Assembly (NCBI RefSeq): GCF_006345805.1
Contig: NC_043001.1
Span: 81,096,001-81,160,000, forward strand
Source: Octopus sinensis
Taxonomy: Eukaryota
Direction: 5' to 3'
DNA: 64,000 nt
A program made the position numbers and the translations under genes. How positions within the stretch are numbered: the stretch's first letter is position 1; each line of letters starts with the position of its first letter. The notes below the pieces were generated by a model. That model did no database searches. It saw nothing but the letters and a program-made list of their open reading frames with translations, and was not told the DNA's origin. Of this stretch, positions 53,871 to 64,000 are shown one piece after another.

Positions 53871-54849
53871 TGGATGAAATCCACTCAATCGCACGCCAGA
53901 TTTTACCATAACGATAAATATGCGTGTGGTTCAATTGATTACATCCGACGTTATAATTCAAATGCCCCAACTAACAGCGCGCCAAATTTTCACGGAAAAC
54001 AATATAGCATTTAGAAATAAATGCAGCATAATTATAATTAATTAATAAGGGTGAGAGAATTAGATACTAATTTAATAGTATATCTATTCTACACCAAGTG
54101 GCCTAATATATATATATCTGTGTGCTCCAGAATTGTTAAAGACATGCTTCAGTTTTTCTAAAATTGAATAAAATAAATAACATAATGATGAATAGAAATG
54201 AACAAAATGAATAATGACAATAACAATATAAGGTAAATAAAATGTCAGACGTTCTGGTGCGTGACTTTTGGTCCAGAGTGGGGAGGTAGCAAGGCAAATA
54301 AATACAGGTAAGCTTGAGACATATATTTACATGGCGCACCAAAAAATACTGATAACAAAAGAATAGAAGAATTATGTAAAGACTTTATATAATTCTTTTG
54401 TTCTTTTCTTTATTCTTTAATCTGTACTTTTTGTACTCAATATAAATATACATCTGAAGCTTAACTGTGTTTATCTGCCTTGCTATCTCCATAACTGATC
54501 AGTAAGGACTGTTCATATAGCTAGCTTTTGATGCAGAAGTGTCAACCCTGGATGAAGAAGTCAAGGTTTGAGATGCCATCCTTCTGAGCATTACTCACTG
54601 TTATCAAAGCTTGTTTTGCTTTCACCTACTCACTGTATATATTTACAGCAAGAGGTGGGGTGGGGATAAGATATGGCTGATATGAGAGGTAGAAGATTGG
54701 CAGCTAAGTGAATCTGACCAAAGAGACCAAATAGAAACCAAAGAGACCGAATAGAAGAGTAAGATCTGTGTGTGCGTGTTTGTTTTATTTAACTTTTTTT
54801 TTTTTTGAAGAATTGGATTTTTTTCACAGTTGTTTTAAGAGAATAAAAA

Positions 54850-55290
54850 AATATCTTTAAGTCCATGGTGTGAACTGAAACCTAATGTTGTCATATGTGA
54901 TAGGGACAGAGACAGGGTTTCTCTGAAGGATTTCTGGACCAATCTTGTGCAACAGGTTGCATAACTCAGGAATCAGGATGTCTCACCCGGTTGAGCAGCT
55001 ACTTCTCTATATTGAGAGATCATGACTCTGGTAGTAGCAGACGTGATTAAAATGTCACAGAAAAGGATCATGAGTGAGATTTTTCAAGCTGAGCCAAGTG
55101 GCAGGAGACTTTGGGGGTAGACCAAGAATGAGATGGTTGAATAATATCCATAGTCTCAGTTGGTCACTCTTGGGGATCCAGCTGGAAAGTGTAATGACAG
55201 TTGCTTCTGATATGACCCTATGGAGGAGTTGTCTGAGGACTCCATCCTCATGACTCTCCTAGGAATAGTGGACAGAGGAGATGCATGGAT
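54850..55290 (+). pseudogene. Second copy of the same RTE-clade ORF2 3' remnant
   Basis: Nucleotide similarity to 32480-32825 (ctgaaggatttctgga, aatgtcacagaaaaggat, atagtctcag, cagctggaaag, gttgcttctgata, tatggaggag, aggaatagtggac). Confidence 0.65.
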
Positions 55291-55419
55291 GGAGAGGTAG
55301 AAATATGGAAGAGAACAGAATTGATATGATATTAATAAGTGTATAATATGGTAGATAAATGAAGAAGAGTGGATGTTATGTAAGAAATATGTTAATCTCA
55401 GATTATTTACTTGTTTCAG

Positions 55420-55790
55420 TTATTTGATTGCAACTATTCTTGAGCAGCACCTTGAAGGGTTCAGTGAAATGAATTGACTGCAGTACCTTTTTTTTTAATT
55501 ATTTTTTATAATGCCTGGTACCTATTGTATCTGTGTCCTTCACCAAACCACTATGTTATGGTGATGTAAACAAACCAACACTGTTTATCAAGTGGTGCAG
55601 ACAAATGCAAACACATGCGCACACACATATGCATGCAGTGGGCTTCACACAGTTTCTGTCCACCAATTTCATTCACATTGGTCAGCTCAGGGTTATGGTT
55701 GAAAACACCTGCCTAAGGTGCCATGCATTGAGACTGAACCTGAAACCATATCATTGCAAAATGAGCTGCTTAACCACACAGCCATGCCAT
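55420..55790 (-). mobile_element. SINE family A, decayed
   Basis: Family consensus similarity. Confidence 0.6.
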
Positions 55791-56346
55791 CATTTATTGT
55801 ACACATACAAAATCTTGAATGTGGTTGCATTGTGTGCATGTGACAAACACTTTTGTCGTGCAGGAATGGATGTATTGTATATCAAACAAAAAAATAAAAT
55901 CTATTTAACCAGCCATTTGACCTACCTGTCCGCTCACCACTAACACTACCACAACCATCATCATCATCATTGTCATCCAACCACTTTCTTCCACTTGCTC
56001 GCAAATGTAATTTTTGTTCATGATTTTTTGTTTTCCTTTTGTTTATAATTTTATGTATCTGTTCAGATAAAAAGGCAGAAAGGCTAAGTTTTATATCAGT
56101 AGATAGATAGATGGATAGATCGATCTGTTAGGCCTGAACACAGTGGGTGAATAGATAGATGGATTGAGCAATGGACGAATAGATCGACAGGTAGTGAGTG
56201 AGTGAGTAAGAAAGAAAGTTAGATAGTTTAAAAGGAATATAGATAGGAAATGAAATATCTGTGTGTATGAAGCAAATTGAAGCAATATTAAAGAAAGTTA
56301 TGGGTCTTTTCCCATCTTGTTTTATTAGTATAAAAGCATCTACTAC

Positions 56347-56386
<40 letters not shown>

Positions 56387-58394
56387 CAACAACAATAATA
56401 ATAATGATAAATAAATAAACAGGAGACAGCAATCTTTTCTGTGCTACTAAGTTTATGAGTGGGTCTATACAACATCACCCTCTTCTCCCTTTCTATTACT
56501 CCCTATATAAACAAGTTGAGAGATTAGGAGTTGCAATGGATATGAGCCTGGCTTAGCAATAAAACTCTCTTTACATAAGATCATATTGTCTGATAAATTA
56601 CACATCGTGCATTCCAGTGCCATAAAACAGTGGCTTGGAAGAGAATAGGGAGGGCAATAGGCTTTAAAGGATGGATTTTTGTTTTTGTTTGTGCTGAGTT
56701 TTTTTTTTTTTTTGCTGAGGTGTTTTTTATTATTATGTTTTTTTATGTGTTGGGAAGAGCAAAGTCTGAGGTGACTGCAGTAAGGGCCAATAACGAGAAG
56801 GTTAAAACAAAAAACAAAATATAAGGTGAGAGGATAGCTGGGTTTGTGTGTGTGTGAGCAGGGAAAAGCTGAGTAGAGGAGATTGCAGTTGGGTGTTTTT
56901 GTGGGCTGGGAAGTGCAAATAGAGGTGACTGCATCAGCAGACTTCATGAGGCAAGGCTAGGAAAAAAAATAACAAAAATAAAAAAAATAAAGATTTTGGA
57001 AAAAAAAAACAGAGGAATTTTTTATGGGGGTGTGGGTAGGGTAAAGAAGAGTGCTATAGAAATGGTGATTGCAGCTAGGTTGGATGAGCTGAGGTATGAG
57101 AGGGTTGGGTAAAAATATGGGTGAATGGATGGATAGATTTTTTTTATTTTAATTTTTTTTTTTTATGTAGGAATATGTGGAGGAAGAGTGTGCTTTAGGG
57201 AACTAGCTAGCTAGAGAAGGAGGTGACTACAAGGAGAGCAGGGTCAGATGGGAAGAGAAAAGAAACAAAAAGAAAGAAGACAATTCTTCAGAAATTAAAA
57301 GAATTTTTTGTGTCAAGATAGAACTAGAATTATATACATATATACACACATGAATATGCCCCTCTCTCTCTCTCTCTCTCTCTCACATACACACACACAT
57401 ATATAAAGAGAAAAAATTAGAAGAAAATCCGGTAGTTAATGCAACTGAGTATCACGTAGGTGTCTTCGGTTCATCTCCCACTGGAGGTGTCTTCATAACT
57501 TTTTTTTTTCTTTTTGCTGCATCTTGCATATATACCATTGATGTTTGTATCTATGTTTCATTTTAAAATATAATCATACATTCTTCATTCAATCTTCAAT
57601 CACTAGCAGAAAATATAGGAATTAAAACTCTACCATTTACAGAAATAGTTAAGCGTAGAATTATTTATTTCAGTGTTCGATCTTCTCATCCATTACTGAA
57701 TTTTGGATATTATTTAATATTTTCTTCATTCTGACTAGCCCCCTTTTGGGGATATGTGTGTTTCCACACACACATATTTATATTTATTCATATCATATAT
57801 ATGTATATATACTTCCATATGTATACATTTAAATATATATATACACACACACACACGCACATAAACATACACATACACACACACACATGCGCACATATTT
57901 TTGTGGGTATGTGATTATCTAGTTTCAACAGAATGTTTAGCCATGCATGATACAACTTTAGTTGCAAGAAAGGCGGATACACTTGGCTGGTTTCTTTCCT
58001 TTGAAGAGAAGTATCAATATAGTTTGAACACATAAGTGATCTTAGGTAAAGGGGTAGATGGTTGGTTAGTTGGTCGGTGGTTGGGGGTGGCCCTATGGCA
58101 AAGTTAGGAAGACTATATCAATTTCGTTCTCTCTTTAAAGACAAATATTATAGCAATGATATTAGAGTGCGCAAATGAAGTAGCGCCAGTAAGAAATTCC
58201 TTGAAAGTCTATGAAACCAAAATATTTATGGTTGCTGCTTGACTTTATGGTATTCTCATTCATACCGTTTTCCATTTTTCTTTATGAAACAGCACCGAGT
58301 GCGATATTAAAACTACATAATATATAGTGGTCTTCTGTTGATCTTGATTTCAAATCTTACTAGGGGTATATATTGACAGTACTTGTAATATTTT

Positions 58395-58605
58395 GGTTTC
58401 AAATTTTGATACAGGGCCAGCAATTTTGGAGAAGGAATAAGTCAATTACACCAACCTCAGTATTCAACTAGTACTTATTTCATTGGCCCTGGAGGGATGA
58501 GAGGGAAAGTCAGCTTCAGTGGAATTTGAACTCAGATTGTAAAGATGGATGAAATGCCATTAAGCATTTTTCCTGGCAAACTAACATTTCTGCCTGCTCA
58601 CTGTC
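58395..58605 (-). mobile_element. SINE family B
   Basis: Family consensus similarity. Confidence 0.7.
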
Positions 58606-58622
58606 TTAATACTTGTAACTTA

Positions 58623-59054
58623 TTAACCCTTATGGTACCAACACACCTGAAACTTGCTCTTGGTTCTGTGACAGATTCTTTGTTTTAAAGGAAATCTAGA
58701 TTTGAACTTTTAGCATTTAAACTGGCCAGATTTCAGGCCCAAACCAGCCAGATCAAGGCTTTAACACCTACCCTATAATGCTATTCTATAAATAGACAAG
58801 TGCATCCCCAAATACTGGAAGCTATGAAACAATGCATGGTTAATTCAAAACAATGTGAATAAACAAGAATTACACTTGACAGAATAAACTGAAAACTAAA
58901 GGATTAAAGCTTCTATCCAAATGTCATGTTAATTTATATTCCAAACACAAGGTTAATAATGACAAAATTAATTTATTAAATTTTCCATTATTTAAAAAAT
59001 TTATTGAAATAGAAGCCACATATTTCGACAGAAATATAGTGACAAGAGGGTTAA
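58623..59054 (+). mobile_element. piggyBac-like MITE (same family)
   Basis: ttaaccctt...gagggttaa termini with TTAA. Confidence 0.6.
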
Positions 59055-59104
59055 GCTGAAAGACAAGGAGGTGCTTGACAAAATAATAAACCTTACCTTA
59101 CAAT

Positions 59105-59825
59105 AGGCATGGTTGTGTGGTTAAGAAGCTTGCTTCCCAACTATGTGATTTATTGTTCAGTCTGACTGCGTGACCACTTGGGCAAGATGTTTTTCTACAA
59201 TAGTCCGAGGCTGGCCAACTGAAGCCTTGTGAGTGGATTTGGTAGACAAAAAGTGAAAGAAGCCCATCATGGTGACCTCACTGATGCTGGTGCTACATAA
59301 AAAGTACCCAATCCACTCTGTAAAGTGGGTCACGTTAGGAAGGGCATCTTGCTGTAAAAGCCATGTCAAAGCAGACAGGTTTACGAGCCCCCGTCAAACT
59401 GTCCAACCCATTATTCCAGCATGGAAGACAGACATTAAATGATGATGATGTTGATGTGTGTGTGTTGGTTCAGGCATGGCTGTGTGGTTAAAATGTTTAC
59501 TTTATAACCACCTGGTTTTGAGTTCAGTCCCACTGTACAGTATATTGTATGAGTGTCTTGTATTACAGCTCCAAGCTTACCAATGCCTTATGAATGAATA
59601 TTGTACTTAGAAACTGTATAGAAGCTTGTCATATGTATGTGTGTTTGTGTTTGGCAAGTGGTGTTGGTTTGTTTACATCCTTGTAACTTAGCAGTTCAGC
59701 AAAACGGGCCAATAGAATATGTACCAGATTCAAAAATTAATAACTGGAGTTGATTTGTTTGACTAAACCCTTTAAGGCAGCGCCACAGCCTGGCCACAGT
59801 CCAGTAACTGAAACCAGTAAAAGAT
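59105..59825 (+). mobile_element. SINE family A head, RTE-tail element, then a second SINE A copy
   Basis: Family consensus similarity. Confidence 0.65.
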
Positions 59826-60466
59826 GGGGGGGATGTAGAGGGAGAGGGAAAAGGAGTGCAAAGGTTTTGATTGATGGCTAAACTAAAGCTCATTCCTCAG
59901 CCTGCCATAAAATACTCTATGTTGCTGTACATAATGGAATTTGGACCTTGAAAAAAATCATCCTCAAACCAGGGGGCATCTCAGACATTGAGTACAAATT
60001 CCAAACCTTAACATGCTGAGGTTTAGAGTGTCACTACTGTGTTGCAATCCTATTAAGAGTCCCACCATTGAAACAAGATAGAGTTTATAATTTAAAAAAA
60101 AAACACATGCAGTCTACTTCATCAATGCCTATTAAAACATGCTACTGGTTAAAACACCTTGTAATAAGGACAGTGTTCCAACAGTCACAGAGGTGTCGAA
60201 TTCTGTCTCATGCTCCTTCCAGCCACTGCATCAAGTGTGAATAATTGCCAGGTAGTCTTATACAGTGAGTAGAGCTCAAAGCATGAGTAGAGCTTAAACA
60301 GAAATTCCAGGGTTGTTTTATATACTCTGTTAGATTATACACTGGCTGATTCAGTATGCTGTACCTTGTAAATAAAAATAAATATGGTTTCTATTTTAAG
60401 TATATTTGTTATATTACCTTTAAATGTTCTGTTTAATATATATGTAACTTTTCATGTAATATTTAT

Positions 60467-60509
60467 CTAATTTATTTTCTTTTTGTTTTGTTTCTCTTTT
60501 CAGGTAAGT
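60467..60509 (+). promoter_or_regulatory. Candidate recursive splice site (branch point, polypyrimidine tract, CAG|GTAAGT)
   Basis: CTAAT at 60467-60471, then tttattttctttttgttttgtttctctttt with no AG, then CAG (60501-60503) directly followed by GTAAGT (60504-60509). Confidence 0.6.
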
Positions 60510-60713
60510 TATGCCATTCTTGAACATTTTAACCTTCCAAAAGTTCTTGGTAATGTGAAGAAACATTTTCTTTCTCTTTATCTTATTGTTTTCTTCTCTT
60601 TCTCCTATCTTTGATAATATTACATGCTGTGATAGGAATGTTATTATTTAGCTCCAGGCTAGCTCTGATTCAGCAGACCCACTAGGATCAAATACATTCC
60701 AGCTGAGTCTCCC

Positions 60714-60796
<83 letters not shown>

Positions 60797-61183
60797 TTCC
60801 TTCCTTTGCTCTCCCTCCCCTCTCTCTCCATCTCTCTTTATGGTGGGGGTATGTACGAATACACTATTTGATGTGGGTTTTTTTTCAAGATGCTGAAATG
60901 TCATTTGAAGATTTGACTGCTATTTCTCACAGCTTGCACTATCACATTAAACAGTCTTGGGCAAAACTGCAGCTCATAGTTTTTGAATTGTGCCCCAGCA
61001 AAAAAAAATAATAACCTTGAAATTGTTTTAGAAGTACAGCCTACTGGAGACAAGCCATGTCTTATGTGGCCTGCTTTTGAAAACGGTCACTCATACCTGT
61101 CAAAGAAGTTGTGTTATGGTTATTATTGGGATTGGTGGAGTAGTAGAAATGGTAGAATTCTGGTTGAAGTACCTTTGCAATAT

Positions 61184-61536
61184 TTAGCCCTTTTGATACC
61201 AACCCATCTGAGACTGCCTCTGGTTCTATGATATAAACTTACTGTTTTAAATTAAAATCTTCCATCAAAATTTCATGTTAATTTGTGTTCTACTACCAGC
61301 AATAATGATAATAATTCCACTGAAATCTTCATTGTCTTCAAAATTAATTGAAACAAAGACAGTGTATTTCAAAAGAAATATGATAACTAAAGGGTTAAAG
61401 TGATCTAAATTAAAATCTGTCAAAATTTCATGTTATGTTCAAAATTTCGGCTTAATAGTGACAAAGTTATTTCGCTGAAGTCTTCATTATTTTTAAAGGC
61501 AGTGTATTTTCAACAGATACATAGCAAAAGGGTTAA
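61184..61536 (+). mobile_element. piggyBac-like MITE with duplicated 3' unit (same family)
   Basis: ttagcccttttgataccaaccc head, with two units ending aaagggttaa (~61398 and 61536). Confidence 0.65.
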
Positions 61537-62829
61537 AGTTATTTAAATAAAAAATCTTCCACAGGGAAATATTAACTTATATGGAAATAGGTGAAGGCTG
61601 GTGACAGGAACAGCATCCAGCCATAAAAAATCTACCTCATCAAATTCTGTCTGACCCAAAGCAATGCCCCAGTATGGCCACAGTCCAATGACTGAAATGA
61701 GTAAAAGATGAAACATAAAGATGAACATGCACAGATAGATATACATGGGAGCAGGAAGGGTTAGCAAGATGGTTGCTTTGGAAACCAAATAGTCTTGTCA
61801 TAATGCGAATAAAGAAAAGTATGTGTGTGTATTTGCATTAGTTTATCTTGAATGTTGACTCTTGCTCTTAAGCCTCATGTTCAAAACTATCACCTGCATG
61901 AGAATATCCCATGATGCACCCAAGGCACACACCTACTCCTTTCCCTGATCACTCTAACTTATTTTCATTTATTTTCTCCTCAACACTTACATTTCTCTCC
62001 CCCCTCACACACACATACACTCTCATAACCATTGATTCCACACCTTTCCCTCCTTGCCCATCACCCCTCCATTTACTCAAGTTATAAGTTGCTGATATCC
62101 CATTCATATATTTTAATTGCCTATTTCCGACATGACAATGCTTTCCAAGCTCTCTCCACGAGAAATTCATAGGAGCAAAGTTTGTTCAGCTGATTGGTGG
62201 ATTTACTGGTCATATTATCCGGCAGCCATATTCGTCTCTCCACATTCTCTTCCCCAACCACCCTCACTACACCCCACCTCATTCCCACTGTTAACAACCT
62301 CTATCTTGCTTTTCCTGTTTAGCTCAAACTTCACATTCTTTCCTGTATGTAGGTAGACAAATCAAGTTCTGAACAGCTCCTGATACTTTTGCTGTTTGTT
62401 TTCTGTGTCTTGAGTTTCCTCATGTTTGTAACACGAGCGATTGTGTATATTTTAGCCATTTCCATCAGCACGCCATTAATAATGCCACAGATTTTAGTGC
62501 CATCAAGAACCACTGCCTTCACTTTTTAATGCCATTGTCGTCATCGTCACAATGGCATTATTGTCATCATACCCTTATTGCCATCATCATCATCATCATC
62601 ACCAAATCCTTATCCTCTCTCCAGCAGTCCACTTCTTATATCCTGGCAAAATACTTTTGCAACTTGAACATTTGACACTACCAACACCTTTAATACTATT
62701 ACTGCTTTCAATACCTGCACTACTACAACCACTACTACCACTACTTTCATTCTCATCAACACCACCACTACTAATACTACTACTACTACTACTAATAATA
62801 ATAATATAATAATAATAATAACAATAATA

Positions 62830-63660
62830 ATGGTTTCAAATTTTGGCACAAGGTCAGCAACTTAAGGGGAGGGGGCAAGCTGATTACATCGACCCCAGTG
62901 CATAACTGGTACTTAATTTATCGACCTTGGATAGATGAAAGGCAAAGTTGACCTCAGCAACAGTAATAATAATAATAGTAATTCTAATTTTGGCACAAGG
63001 CCAGAATTTTTGTGGGAGTCTGGTCCAGTGGTTCCCAAAGTGGGCAGTACTGCCTCCTTGGTGGACGGGGGGAGATCCAGTGGGGCGTTGAAGTGGAATG
63101 ATAATGGAGTGGCCAAAATGGGATGAAAGATGTAAAAAAAATATGTAGTTTAATTAAGTTTAAGTTTTATTTGTCAAATACAGTAGTTTTGAATTTGCTG
63201 CAGAAAGTGGTCTATATTTGTGGTGAGGAGGGTGAGGGAGCATTAGGAATGTGGCCTGGGTTCCAAGGGGGTGGCAGCCTGAAAGAGTTTGGGAACCATT
63301 GGTCTAGTTAATTGCATAAACCCTAGCGTTCAACTGGTGCTCATTTTATTGGCTCCCCAGAGGATGAAAGGTTAAGAAATGTCTGTAAGCATTTTGCCTA
63401 GCAGGTTAATGATTTCTGCCAGCTTACCATCCTACTATTATTATTTACTACTACTACTATACTACTACGAATAATCCCTTCTTCATTTGGCACAATTTGA
63501 GGGATGGGGAAGTTGATTGCATCAAAACCTCAGCTGGTTCTTATTTTACCACTGAAAAGATGAAAAGCAAAATTGTCCTCAGCAGCATTTGAACTCAGAA
63601 CATAAAATACCACTTAGCATTTTGTCCTGCATAGTTAGAATTCTGCTAGTTCACCACCTT
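62830..63660 (-). mobile_element. SINE family B cluster (contains the hAT MITE)
   Basis: Family consensus similarity. Confidence 0.6.
63026..63301. mobile_element. hAT (Charlie-like) MITE
   Basis: TIRs cagtggttcccaaa / tttgggaaccattg and 8-bp TSD gtctggtc / gtctagtt (NTCTAGAN-like). Confidence 0.8.
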
Positions 63661-64000
63661 ACTACCACTACTACTAATACTAAAAATAGTAATGAAAATA
63701 CAGGCACAACATTGATTTTCCAGAAACTTTGGTTCCAAGATCTTTCCAAGTTACTGATTTTTCTAAACCAGGGGTGATGACCTTGGTTGACACACTCTGA
63801 ATTAGATACTAGATTTACTTGGAAAATACAATTAAAAACAGATAACTGAACATTAGTATAAATGATACAAGTTTATTAATACTGTACAGTGCAAAGTGCC
63901 AGTAAAGTAGTTAGGTGGTTGTGGGAATTTAAAGTTCCTGCTCGTTAATTAGTGTGAATTATAAGAGGTTCTGGGATCATCAGTGTCCAGAAAGTCAAAC

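Larger units (their letters stand above)
50315..54103 (-). mobile_element. Tandem array (7 full + 1 partial ~530-bp units) of a hammerhead-ribozyme-containing retrozyme/Penelope-like non-autonomous element
   Basis: The marker aagggtgagagaattag recurs with its T at 50333, 50867, 51399, 51930, 52464, 52994, 53523 and 54052 (periods 529-534). The differences I saw between units are small indels. (TA)n lies on both sides (50301-50316; ~54104-54117). Each unit carries a full hammerhead on the minus strand. Confidence 0.9.

Noticed and set aside
50315-54103. CRISPR-like or rDNA/histone gene repeat interpretation
   Set aside because: There are no unique spacers because the units are identical, and I see no rRNA, 5S, snRNA or histone similarity.
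54296-54312. CAGGTAAG motifs here and at ~2448 as further ratchet points
   Set aside because: The upstream sequence is A-rich, with no polypyrimidine tract.

Overview
AT-rich eukaryotic genomic DNA, saturated with microsatellites and short retroposons, with no recognisable host protein-coding exon. Nearly all ORF-track entries are microsatellite read-through. The repeat landscape looks like an Octopus-type cephalopod genome, which is my recollection of these SINE families and not a database match. It comprises tRNA-derived SINEs, RTE-tail non-autonomous elements, decayed RTE and L1/Tx1 ORF2 remnants, hAT and piggyBac-like MITEs and Helentron-type HINEs. Main discovery: a head-to-tail array of seven near-identical ~530-bp units plus a partial eighth (50315-54103), flanked by (TA)n. 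Every unit encodes a complete type I hammerhead ribozyme on the minus strand: CUGAGGA core, an unusually long stem II, a palindromic stem III and a GUC cleavage site. This is a retrozyme/Penelope-like system predicted to release a ~530-nt circularisable RNA. A second, sequence-divergent hammerhead element with the same architecture lies at 2315-2788, and a minimal hammerhead with a core substitution lies at 20505-20539. A textbook recursive-splicing (AG|GT ratchet) motif at 60467-60509 suggests the window lies in a giant + strand intron. All structures were paired by eye. Dispersed-repeat coordinates are approximate (tens of bp).
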